Source: an uncultured Gemmatimonadales bacterium
GTDB lineage: Bacteria; Gemmatimonadota; Gemmatimonadetes; Gemmatimonadales; GWC2-71-9
Assembly (NCBI GenBank): GCA_963842945.1
Contig: CAWJIM010000024.1
Location: 429,226 to 493,225 of the forward strand
DNA: 64,000 nt
Reading direction: 5' to 3'
Shown here: positions 33,903 through 43,653 of the stretch, in pieces
Numbering within the stretch: position 1 is the stretch's first letter
How the letters are laid out: every line of letters starts with the position of its first letter
Notes under the pieces: model-generated
What the model was told of the DNA's origin: nothing
Seen by the model: the letters and a program-made list of their open reading frames with translations, nothing else
Database searches by the model: none
Position numbers and translations under genes: made by a program

Positions 33903-34904
33903 ATGACGATCAAGCTCGCGGGTCTTTTCCTCCTCCTCGGCGCCGGAACCGCCGAGGCACAAAAAGATTCGGTCTGGATCCGGAATGGAGACCGGATCAC
34001 CGGAGAGGTGAAGTCGCTTTCGCGCGGATTGCTCAAGTACTCGACCGACGACCTCGGCACCATCTACATCGAGTGGGACAAGGTCGACCGGATCAGCACC
34101 TCCACCGTCGTGGAAGTCCGGCTGGCCACGGGCCACAAGTTTTACGGGCGCCTGGGGTTGGCTCCCACCGGCCTGCTGGCCCTCGCGGCCGACACCCTCC
34201 GGATCTCAGACATCGTGGGCATGACGCCGATCCAGGGGAAATTCCTGGCTCGGCTGAATGGATATTTCGACCTCGGGTTCTCCTTCCAGAAAGCCCATGG
34301 CGCAGTTCAGCTCTCGACCGGCGGCCGAGTGCAGTACCGGGCTCCGAGCGCGGAGACCACGCTCGATCTCACGGGCTACATCGAGGATCGGGATGACGCG
34401 TCCAAAAGCTCGCGCCTGTCCACTGCACTGACCGAGCGGCTGTTCCTGAGTAGACGATGGAGCACCGGTTTCGTGGTCGGTTATGACCGAAACGATGAGC
34501 TCGATCTGTCGGGGCGGGCACGGCTGGTTGGCTTCGGAACCCGAATACTGGCGCAGTCCAACCATATCGAGTTTCTGACCAGCGTTGGCATGGTGCTGAA
34601 TCGGGAGCGGTACTTCACCACCGATTCGACGACAACCGGGGTCGAGGGTTTGCTCGGCGTCGCATTCCGCGCGTTCCGCTATGACCAGCCCAAGCTCGAT
34701 GCCTCGTTGACCAGCCAGGCATACCCCAGCTTCGTGGTGCAGGGCCGGGTAAGACTGCAGAGCGATCTACGAGTATCCTACGAATTATTGAAGGACTTCA
34801 TGCTGACCGGTACGCTGTTCGATACCTACGACAGCAAACCGCCGGTGGAGGGCGCTCCGAAGAACGACTACGGCACCACGCTCGCGATCACCTGGACCTA
34901 CTGA
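33903..34904 (+). CDS. DUF481-like outer-membrane beta-barrel protein
   Basis: Signal peptide AEA-Q; NGDRITGEVK N-domain; beta strands; terminal LAITWTY. Confidence 0.75.
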   Translation: MTIKLAGLFLLLGAGTAEAQKDSVWIRNGDRITGEVKSLSRGLLKYSTDDLGTIYIEWDKVDRISTSTVVEVRLATGHKFYGRLGLAPTGLLALAADTLRISDIVGMTPIQGKFLARLNGYFDLGFSFQKAHGAVQLSTGGRVQYRAPSAETTLDLTGYIEDRDDASKSSRLSTALTERLFLSRRWSTGFVVGYDRNDELDLSGRARLVGFGTRILAQSNHIEFLTSVGMVLNRERYFTTDSTTTGVEGLLGVAFRAFRYDQPKLDASLTSQAYPSFVVQGRVRLQSDLRVSYELLKDFMLTGTLFDTYDSKPPVEGAPKNDYGTTLAITWTY

Positions 34905-34916
34905 CTTCCGATCAGG

Positions 34917-35936
34917 TCAATGATGGTGTTCCGCGGAGTGATGGTGCCCGGATCCGTTCATCGAAGCAGTCATAGCACCATGCGTACGCACGTCCTGCAA
35001 GTAGACGGAATCTCCCCGAGCGACTGTGGGCCATGCGTCGCCGTCGTCGGGCAGCACGATTCCGCCCAGAGCACCCATCCCTCCGTCTTCCAGCACCTTC
35101 CCCGTCGGATTGTCATACTCGGCGGTGAGCCGATACAGATGATCGGGGCTCAGCCGGACGCCGAGCGGCAGGAAGTAATGAATGGGCATGCCGACGACCT
35201 CGCCCTTGTCGTCGAGTTTGGGGCGGGCCTCCCAGAGCACTTTTCCGGCCGAGATGTCCTCGAGCTTCAGGCCGGTGCCGTATTCATGCAGGTGGCTTCC
35301 AGCGGCGAGCAGCCGTGCCGCGACCGCCGGGCGGCCTTCCCAGCTCCGGGAGGATCGGCCCGGCGGCAAGTCGAAGGCGTGCCGACCCGCCGGTGGCATC
35401 ACGTCCAGATACACCGGACGGATCCCGACGGGCCGGAGCCATGACGTGGACGGGGTCAGGCCCAGCCGCACGCGAACTTTCACACCGTGGTGCTCTTTAG
35501 CGGTCGGATTGTGCAGCATGGCGGTGACCAGGAGACTGTCACCGCGATGGACCGGATAGCCGAGGAACCAGGGAAGGCCGTAGGGCTTGGTCTCGGATCC
35601 CGCCGCACCGATGCGAAGTCTGATCTGGCTGAAGAGCTCCCGCTGCTCCGGCGCAATCAGATTCAGGTGGTGAAGGGCTCCAGGGAGCTTCTCGCCTCGC
35701 TCGTCCACCACGTCGAACGCGATGCTGCGGAGCCAGCCTTCGACCGGCAACGCGAGCGTGAGCGGCCGGGGCTGCTCCATCTCGTCGTGGCCGGCAGCGG
35801 ACGGCAGGTGGAAGGGTCCCAGCTCGATAGTGTACTCCTCGGTGGGCCCAGCGGCCGCCGCACCGAGGATGACCGCCAAAGCAGCGGCCAGGGCGAGCCA
35901 GCGCCAGCGCCGGCGAGCAAGGATTTTCCTCACCAT
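34917..35936 (-). CDS. exported protein resembling copper type II (PHM/DBH-like) monooxygenase
   Basis: Signal peptide; LHHLNL, SHLHEYG, late Met (GGMG); His-rich C-terminus. Confidence 0.55.
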   Translation of the reverse strand: MVRKILARRRWRWLALAAALAVILGAAAAGPTEEYTIELGPFHLPSAAGHDEMEQPRPLTLALPVEGWLRSIAFDVVDERGEKLPGALHHLNLIAPEQRELFSQIRLRIGAAGSETKPYGLPWFLGYPVHRGDSLLVTAMLHNPTAKEHHGVKVRVRLGLTPSTSWLRPVGIRPVYLDVMPPAGRHAFDLPPGRSSRSWEGRPAVAARLLAAGSHLHEYGTGLKLEDISAGKVLWEARPKLDDKGEVVGMPIHYFLPLGVRLSPDHLYRLTAEYDNPTGKVLEDGGMGALGGIVLPDDGDAWPTVARGDSVYLQDVRTHGAMTASMNGSGHHHSAEHHH

Positions 35937-35946
35937 CCCTGGGCTC

Positions 35947-36155
35947 GCTCCCAGGCCCGCACCCGCTGGCGGCGCGTCGAACACCTCTCGTAGTTTCCCT
36001 TTCGCACTTCCTCGCTAGCCTCGGGCGTGAGTAAAACCCCACAGCGGACGATACATCTCGAAATATTTTCGCGACCTCGTCCCAGCTTATATCGAAGTAC
36101 ACGTGGCGCAAGGCCGCGCCCAAATGATAATGGTCTTGGGGTGCCGCCGCAGCAG
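35947..36155 (-). pseudogene. internally deleted duplicate of the 3' part of the neighbouring amidohydrolase gene
   Basis: 35947-36062 matches 37112-37229; 36071-36116 is identical to 37357-37402; 36118-36155 matches 37514-37551. Confidence 0.9.
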
Positions 36156-36214
36156 GGCTCCTGCGCGACGGCCTGAGCGTGCCGGCCACCAGCCCGAGAG
36201 CTGAAAAAGGTCCG

Positions 36215-36976
36215 CTACCGTGACGACTGTGCCTGCCATTCAAGCTCCTCAGCCAGAATGGGGATACCGAGATTGCTCGCCTGGATACCCTGGGCGACAC
36301 AGATCTTGAGCACGTCCATGATCTCCTCTACCGTCGCGCCGAGCTTCAGGGCCGTCTGGATGTGCCGGCGAGTTCCGGGCGCGTACATGTGCGTAATCGA
36401 CGCATCGACGGCGATGCTCAGGAATTCCGCCAGCTTAGGCGAGAATACGCCGCTGGTGTAAACCGGGAGGCTGACCGCGATGATCGCTTCCGTCCATGCC
36501 GGGTCAATCTCGAAGAACGCGTCCCATGCCGGATTCCACTGGCCCCCGGCTTTCATCTTGTCGCAGACCGGCGTGGCCGCCTGGTTCCGAGTCGGCTTCA
36601 CACCGGCCGCCTTCGCTTCTTCCAACAGAATCGGCGCGCCCAGGCTGCAGGTATGGATCGACAGCAGAGACGCGATCTTGAGGACCATCAGGATCTCGTC
36701 GCGGGTCGCGCCGGCCCCGAGTGCGCCGCGAATGTGGCGGCGGGTTCCCTCAGCGCTCAAGTTGGTGCAAGCAGCATTCACCGCAATGCTGATCAGCTCC
36801 ACGTCTTTGCGTGGCAGTACGCCGCTGGTCCACGGGTCTCTGGACATCTCGAGGCATCGATCGACCCATGCCGGTTCCCATACGCGAAACTGGGCCAGCG
36901 CAGAGCTGCCCCAGGGGCCGGTTTCCTCCGTTTGATCGCTTCGTGTTGCCCTCGCGGGAGCCTTCAAGCCGCTCAT
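36215..36976 (-). CDS. carboxymuconolactone decarboxylase (CMD/AhpD) family protein with two domains
   Basis: ELISIAVNA..RRHIRGALGAGATRDEI and EFLSIAVDA..RRHIQTALKLGATVEEI. Confidence 0.85.
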   Translation of the reverse strand: MSGLKAPARATRSDQTEETGPWGSSALAQFRVWEPAWVDRCLEMSRDPWTSGVLPRKDVELISIAVNAACTNLSAEGTRRHIRGALGAGATRDEILMVLKIASLLSIHTCSLGAPILLEEAKAAGVKPTRNQAATPVCDKMKAGGQWNPAWDAFFEIDPAWTEAIIAVSLPVYTSGVFSPKLAEFLSIAVDASITHMYAPGTRRHIQTALKLGATVEEIMDVLKICVAQGIQASNLGIPILAEELEWQAQSSR

Positions 36977-37046
36977 GCGTCGCTCATCGTTAAGTCGGTT
37001 ATTTGCGCAGCGCGCCGCAATGAACGGCAACCGTGCGAAGCGACCT

Positions 37047-37082
37047 CTACGGACCACCCTCGCGATCACCTGGAGCTTTTGA
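37047..37082 (+). pseudogene. remnant copy of the DUF481 gene 3' end
   Basis: ctacggaccaccctcgcgatcacctggagcttttga (TTLAITWSF*) versus 34868-34904 (TTLAITWTY*). Confidence 0.7.
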
Positions 37083-37094
37083 CACCTCAGTGCA

Positions 37095-38211
37095 CTAGTA
37101 CTTCTGCGCCTGCTCCCAGGCCCGCACCCGCTGGCGGGCCGCGTCGAACAGCCGCTCGTAGTTTCCCTTTCGCACCTTCTCGCTAGCCTCGGGCGTGAGC
37201 AGGGCCCACAGCGGACGATACATCTCGAACACCGCGTAGTACTGGGTCGTGTCTCGCGGCGCCACCACATCCGAGCCGAACAGGAATCGATCGGGGTAGC
37301 GGTCGATCAGTGCGGCTGCGCGGCGTGTGGTCTCTGGCGTCGCCAGGAGATACTTGGCGACCTCGTCCCAGCTTATATCGAAGTACACGTGGCGCAAGGC
37401 CGGGTCGGAAAGAATTCCCTCCACGATCACGCCCTGATTGGGATTCCGTTCCGTCGACCGGCGCCGAGGCGGAGGCCTGGATCGGGCGCACCACCCGCCC
37501 CAGTCCCATGTGGGCCCAGATGATAGTCGTCTTGGGGTGCCGCCGCAGCAGCGCCTTCATCTGGGTGAGGAAGACCGGCTCGGCCCCCGCTTTGGCGAAC
37601 GGCATGTCCATGTCGTTGTGGATCAGTACGACCAGTCCCACCTCCCCGGCAAAATCGAGAATCCGGTCCAGGGCTGGATCGGTGAGGCTGGCGACATCGC
37701 CCGCGATCTTGGATGAAACGAACTCCTTGTGAATGGTGAATTCGCCGATCCCGGTGAAGACACCGGGAAAGGTCTTGAGCACCCGGCGGATGTGGTCGGC
37801 GGCGTACATGTCGGCGGGGTTGAAGCCCGTGATCATCGGATCGAGCCGGGCGCGCTCCTCCGGCTTGAGCGACCGGTACGCCATCGCGATGAAGGCGTCG
37901 GTGAAGGAGTAGTAGTAGAGCGGAGCGTCGCTCTGCAGATAGTAGGTCGGAGCGTAGTCGCCCGAATTTTCGTGGGACCAGGTCTGCTGCAAGGGAATGC
38001 CGAACAGGGTGGACCGGTGGGCCCGCTTCCCCATGATCCGGAGGAAGTCGCGGACGTCGGTGCCTTCCTGGATGTAGTTGGTCAGGTGGAAGTGGACGTC
38101 GTCGAAGTCATCGCTGCTGCCGCCGGCTGCCGCCTGCGCCGCGAGCAGCCGGGGGACCACGCAGGAGAGCGACGAGAGAGGCTCGCTGCCACATAGTCGG
38201 CTCTCGCTCAC
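37095..38211 (-). CDS. amidohydrolase family metalloenzyme, probably exported (frameshift near 37435)
   Basis: DVHFH, GIGEF, LIHND, WAHMG, FGSD; N-terminus ends LLAAQAAA. Confidence 0.85.
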
Positions 38212-39560
38212 AGCAGGATATCCGTGCCGATGGAGATGGTCGTGCCGCTCTGGCCCGAGGTGTAGAACCCGAAGTTCGATGCCGCCGGGCTCTTCTCCAC
38301 CTTTATGAGGTGCAGGTTCAGCCGCCAGCTGCGAGTCCGGCTGGGATAAACGCTCGCGCCACCGGAAACCTCCCAGGGCTGACGGTCGAAGTCGTCGAAT
38401 ACGTGGCCGTAGGTGAGGTACACCCCCACCAGGCGCGGCACCACCATGTGCATTCCCTGGACCTGAAATCCCTTATCTACGATAGACTCCAGCGCGAAGG
38501 GACCGGTGGTCGCCAGAAAGTCGGAGAGCTTGCGCACGTAGAACTCGCTCTGGAAGGAGAAGCCGCGATACTTGAAGCCGGCATCGAGGGCGAGCTCGTC
38601 GTAAGTCAGCTTATCCACCGTTACCCCGAGGGCGAGAGCGTCGGCATCGAACGGATTGATTCCATCGGAGAGCTTGATCTGGGTGGCGTTGGGCGGCGCG
38701 GTCTCCGACGCATAACGCGATTCACGGCTGTGAGCGGCCGATGCGCCGAATTGCGTGGCCAGCTTGCTGTGGTACTCGAAGTCGCCCAGTCCATTCCGGG
38801 CTCCAAACTCGCCCGTGCTCGGCCTCCAGACGACGCTCGCGCTGTACGCCATGTCGCGGGTGTCGTTGGCGGCGGTGGTACCGAGCTGGCTGATGTTGGT
38901 GTTGACCGAGGCCGTGTACCAAAAGCGGTCGATCGGCTGCCCGGTGACGAAAACGCCGGAGGAGAACCCGCCGCGAAAGAAGTCCTCGGCCATCTGCCGG
39001 TCGCTGGAGCCCCAGAAAGGCCAGGAGCCCTGCATCGAGCGCGCGGTGAGATTGGGTGCGATCCCGACTCCAATGCCGATGGCCTTGTTGAACCGGTAGT
39101 TCAGGTTCCCGAACAGCAGGGTCTGCTGCGTGGTGGGCAGCGACCAGAGCGAGATGTTGTAGCGGAACTTGGGGTCGTAGAAGAACCCGGTGAGCCAGAC
39201 GAAGGTCCGGTGCCAGTTGAGGTCGTTGCGTGCCTTGACCGCGCGCTCCCGGCCCAGATGGTCCGTGAAGGTCTGACCTTCCGACATCTGATTCATGTAG
39301 CGGAACACCGCGTAGAAGCTGACGTTGAGGCTGGCGATCTTGGTCTTGGCGATGTCGAAGCCTTTGGCCGGGGTAAACTCGCCCGCGATGTTGTTGGGAA
39401 AGGTTACATCCGATATGGCGGTGGTGTCGTTGGGCTCGCGGCCCGCCTCGTCCTGGGCCAGCGCCCCAGCGGGGAGGATCGCGATCGCAACCAGACCAGC
39501 AATGAGTACCGCACCTGCGGTGCACAGCCAGTTGTGCCGTGCCGTGGTCGCTGGGCGCAT
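38208..39560 (-). CDS. outer-membrane beta-barrel / porin-like protein
   Basis: Signal peptide ALA-Q; aromatic-rich amphipathic strands throughout. Confidence 0.65.
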   Translation of the reverse strand: MRPATTARHNWLCTAGAVLIAGLVAIAILPAGALAQDEAGREPNDTTAISDVTFPNNIAGEFTPAKGFDIAKTKIASLNVSFYAVFRYMNQMSEGQTFTDHLGRERAVKARNDLNWHRTFVWLTGFFYDPKFRYNISLWSLPTTQQTLLFGNLNYRFNKAIGIGVGIAPNLTARSMQGSWPFWGSSDRQMAEDFFRGGFSSGVFVTGQPIDRFWYTASVNTNISQLGTTAANDTRDMAYSASVVWRPSTGEFGARNGLGDFEYHSKLATQFGASAAHSRESRYASETAPPNATQIKLSDGINPFDADALALGVTVDKLTYDELALDAGFKYRGFSFQSEFYVRKLSDFLATTGPFALESIVDKGFQVQGMHMVVPRLVGVYLTYGHVFDDFDRQPWEVSGGASVYPSRTRSWRLNLHLIKVEKSPAASNFGFYTSGQSGTTISIGTDILL

Positions 39561-39625
39561 CCGCGTTCTCCGTTCAGGGTTTTAATAGGTCGGCCGATAT
39601 ACAGCTGCGGGTGTTGCCGGCGCGG

Positions 39626-40898
39626 TCAGAACTCCATCTGCAGCCGGCTCTGGAAAAACTGGGTGTTGCCCTTCAGGGCAAACCGATCGAGCCTGCCGTA
39701 ACCGTAGATGAGCTCCAGCCGGAGGAAGTCGGCCAGGTGCCAGTTGACCATGGGAGTCAGCCGCCAGAAGGTTCCGCCCTGCAGGGTCCCGCCATTGAAG
39801 TCGCTGTAGGAGAACCGCAGCAGGACCTCCACCGCCCCCGGCCCGCCCTCGAACACCGTTCTCCTCGGTGACACCTGCCTGAAGTAGCCGCCCACCGTGT
39901 TGTAGGAGCGGGTCTCGCCCGTGATCAGCCAGTTGGCGAAGATGTCGCCGCCGTGAAAGACGGGGTCGCCGGTTTCCGGTGAGCTGGCCTTCTCCCAGTA
40001 ATACTCGGTGCCGAACAGCCAGGGACCCGGGCGGTAGTACGCCTCGAATCCCAGAGAGCGTCGCCGACGTCGAGTGGAACTTGCCGGTGTCGATGAAGCT
40101 GGGCGCGTCGCTGGCTTCCGGCTTGGCCTTGAGCTGCAGGGTGTCGTTTTCCGGCTTGCCGATATGGAACGACGCCCCGATGTGAATCAGCTTACCGGCG
40201 CTGTCGGAGACCATCGGCACCCAGGCGAGACGGCCAGCGACCGCCTGATGGAAGTAGGAGAAGCTCTCGTCTTTGGACAGCCAGTCGGTGAACACGCCGA
40301 GGTTCCAGATCAGGTGTCGATTGGGCAGATAACCCAGCCACTTGATGCCGTCGGACAGGAGCGGGATTGCGTCGGAGAAGGTGAACCGCTCGGCGGTCCA
40401 GCCGTCGTATCCGGTCATCACCTTATTGAGACTGGGCCCCTCCTTGCTGCGCCCGATCCAGAAGTTTCCCCAGAGCTCCGGGACTCCCAGCATCAATCCC
40501 GTCTGGCGGACGAACCACTCGTCGACGTAGCCGTCGTACATGAACCCGGCCTGGTAGGTGAGCCGCCGCTTGGTCTTGATCCGTCCGCTGATGAGCAGGC
40601 GTGAGTCGCGGATCTTGAACCCGGGCTCGAGGTCCAACTGTTCCTTGGCGGCGGCGTCCTGGCCGTAGGTGGCGTAGTCCAGCAGGAAGCCGGCGCCGAC
40701 CCGGAGGGTAAGGAATGGCCCGTCGTATTCGTTCCATTTGACCAGACTACGGCGCGGCGGCTCGGCCTCGGACTCTCCGGCCGAGATCCCGGTTTCGAGG
40801 GTGGTATCGCGAGCGGTTGAATCCGTTTGCTGCGCGCACAGCGATGCGCCCCTCGACCAGGTGAGCGCCAGCAGAACCCACGCGAAGGAGGAGCGCAT
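39626..40898 (-). CDS. OprO/OprP-family porin (frameshift near 40048)
   Basis: Signal peptide; IRDSRLLISG, IGRSKEG, AVEVLLRFS, VNWHL, terminal SRLQMEF. Confidence 0.8.
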
Positions 40899-40913
40899 CG
40901 AAGGCTGTTCTGC

Positions 40914-42008
40914 TCAGTACTCGTCGAAGTACCGCTGGATCGTCTTCGGGTCCTTGGTCTTCAGCAGCGCCAGCCGGAGAAGCACCCGCGCCTTCTGGGG
41001 GTTCAGCCCCAGCGAGGCGACAGTGCCCAGGCTGTCGTCGTTCACCTCCACGTTCCGCCCTACCTGGCCGGTGGCCACCCGGGTCGAGCGCACGCAGACG
41101 ATCCCCTTCTTGGCCTGGGCGGCCAGGGCATCGAGCGCGCTCTTGGTCATGTTGCCGTTGCCCACACCCGCGATGACGATGCCCTTGGCGCCGGACGCGG
41201 CCGCCGCGTCGATGATCTTCCCGTCCATGTTCTCGTAGGCCATGATGATGTCCACTCGGGGCAGGACCGTGCTCTTGTCCACGCTGAACTCCGAGGTCAC
41301 GGTGTTCTTCCCGACCGGGCCCCGATACCACTCCGGCGTGCCGTAGGCGATGGTGCCGATCAGCCCCGACTGGGGAGAGAGGAAGGTCTGCACCGCGGTG
41401 GTGCTGGTCTTGGTGAGCGAGGCCGCGCCATGGATCCAGTCGTTGACCACCACCAGGACACCGCGTCCAACCGCGTCCTTGTTGGCCGCGACCGCCACCG
41501 CGTTGTAGAAGTTGAGTGGGCCGTCGGCCGAGAGCGCGGTGGATGGGCGCATCGATGCGGTCAGCACCACCGGCTTCTTCGACTTGATCACGAGGTTCAG
41601 GAAGTACGCCGTCTCCTCGATGGTGTCGGTGCCGTGGGTGATGGCCACGCCGGCGACGTCAGGCTGGGCCAGCAGCTCGTTGATCCGGGTGGCCAGCTTC
41701 ATCCACACCTGATCGTTCATGTCCTGGGAGCCGATGTTGGAGATCTGCTCGCCCCGCATGTTGGCCAGCTTCTTGGCCTGCGGTACTGCGTTGAGCAGCT
41801 GATCGACCCCCACCTGGCCGCTGGAGTAGCCGGCCTGAACGTCGCTCTCGGCTGCACCGGCTATGGTGCCGCCGGTGGCGAGCACTACGACGGTCGGCAG
41901 GTTTCCCTTGGGCGCCTCCGCGGTCGCCTGGGCGGCCACCGATGCGGTGCCGCCCGCTGCACTGAGCAGCAGGGTCAGGACGAGGGGAACTGCATTTCGC
42001 CGGTACAT
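40914..42008 (-). CDS. ansB: L-asparaginase type II (periplasmic)
   Basis: Signal peptide; ATGGTIAG, HGTDTIEETAYFL, SADGPLN, LNPQKAR. Confidence 0.95.
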   Translation of the reverse strand: MYRRNAVPLVLTLLLSAAGGTASVAAQATAEAPKGNLPTVVVLATGGTIAGAAESDVQAGYSSGQVGVDQLLNAVPQAKKLANMRGEQISNIGSQDMNDQVWMKLATRINELLAQPDVAGVAITHGTDTIEETAYFLNLVIKSKKPVVLTASMRPSTALSADGPLNFYNAVAVAANKDAVGRGVLVVVNDWIHGAASLTKTSTTAVQTFLSPQSGLIGTIAYGTPEWYRGPVGKNTVTSEFSVDKSTVLPRVDIIMAYENMDGKIIDAAAASGAKGIVIAGVGNGNMTKSALDALAAQAKKGIVCVRSTRVATGQVGRNVEVNDDSLGTVASLGLNPQKARVLLRLALLKTKDPKTIQRYFDEY

Positions 42009-42058
42009 TGAAGCCTCCTATAGCGTGAACAGAAACGGCTTTGACGTGATGACCAGCT

Positions 42059-43628
42059 CTACTTCTTGTGGTATTGGCTCCGGTCGAGGTTGGTCAGCTT
42101 GACCGGGTCCATGATGTCGGCGAGCTGCTTATCGGTCAGAAGCTTCTGCTCCCGGACGATCTCGAGGATGCCCTTCCCGCTCTTGTAGGCCTCGGCCGCC
42201 AGCTCGGTGGTCTTTTCGTAACCCAGCACCGGGTTGAGCGCGGTCACGATGCCCACCGTGGTTTCCATGTAGTGGTCCAGCACCTTCTTGTTGACCGTGA
42301 TCCCGTCCACGCAACGGGTGCGGAAGGCTATGGAGGTGTTGTAGAGCAGGTGCTGCGACTCGATCATGGCGACACCCTCGACCGGCTCGTAGGCGTTGAG
42401 CTGAAGCTGACCGCTGTGGGCGGCGAGGGTCACGGTGTAGTCGTTCCCCATGACCCGGAACGCCACGAGGTTCACCAGCTCGGGAATGACGGGATTCACC
42501 TTCCCCGGCATGATCGAGGATCCCGGCTGAAGCGCCGGAAGATTGATTTCGGCGAGGCCCGCGCGGGGGCCCGAGGTGAGCAGGATCAGGTCGCTCGCGA
42601 TCTTGGACAGCTTGACCGCGACGCTCTTCATCGCCGAGGAGTACACCACGAAGCCCTGCTGGTCCCAGGTGGCCGACAGCATGTCCGGGGCGGCCTTGAT
42701 CGGCTTGCCGGTGAGCTTGGCGAGGTGCGCCGCGGTGCGCTCGGCATAGCCTTTGGGGGCGTTGAGTCCCGTCCCGATGGCCGTGGCGCCCATGTTCACG
42801 GTGTACAGATACTTCTCCGCGTCGCGCAGCAGGGCAATCTCGCCGTCCAGCGAAGACGCAAAGGCGTGAAACTCCTGCCCCACCGTCATGGGCACCGCAT
42901 CCTGCAGCTCGGTGCGTCCCATCTTGACGATATTCATGAACTCGTTGCCCTTGGCCCGGAATGAGGCGGCCAGCTTCTCCAGCTCGGCGATGAGTTTCCC
43001 GTTCCGCAGAATCAACGCGATCTTGATGGCGGTCGGATACGAGTCGTTGGTGGACTGAGACTGGTTCAGGTCGTCATGCGGCTCGAGAACCTCGTAGTCG
43101 CCCTTCTTGTGCCCGGTCAGCTCCAGCCCGACGTTGGCCATCACCTCGTTGGCGTTCATGTTCGTCGAAGTGCCGGCGCCACCCTGGTACCAGTCCACCG
43201 TGAACTGGTCGTGGTACTTGCCCTGCAGCAGCGCATTGGCCGCCTTCTCGATGGCCGCCAGCTTGTCCTTCTTCATGGCGCCCACGTCGGTGTTGCCCTG
43301 TGCCGCGGCCAGCTTCACGATGGCCCACGCCTCGATGAACCCCGGATAGTGGTTGATCGGCACTCCCGAGATCTGGAAGTTCTCCAGCGCCCGGGCGGTC
43401 TGGACGCCATAGTAGGCGTCGGCCGGGATCTGCCTTCTCTCCCAGGAGGTCCTTCTCCGTGCGGGTGGCTCCGCCCTGGCTGGCGGGCTGAGCGGTGGGC
43501 TGCTGTGGACCCTGTGAGCCCTCGGTCGTTTGCGCAACAGCCGGCGGGGCTTCCCGGGATTTGCACCCCCAGGTGAGCCCTAATGCCAGGATCGGAGCCA
43601 GCAGCGCGCCCTGTTGTGTTCTATTCAC
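42059..43628 (-). CDS. aspA: aspartate ammonia-lyase with lipoprotein signal (frameshift near 43438)
   Basis: MNRTQQGALLAPILALGLTWGC; RTEKDLLGEK then YYGVQTARALENF, GGAGTSTNMN, SQSTND, GSSIMPGKVNP. Confidence 0.9.
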
Positions 43629-43653
43629 AGTGACACTCCTTCTTCTTCCGCGG

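Noticed and set aside
38310..39701. Long antisense ORFs (e.g. 38310-39701, 11840-13078, 7245-8513, 52205-53443, 27455-28456)
   Set aside because: Shadow ORFs expected opposite high-GC coding genes; no motifs or RBS
43430..43445. Programmed frameshift switching aspartase between exported and cytoplasmic forms
   Set aside because: No slippery heptamer, and indistinguishable from the many other probable sequencing indels
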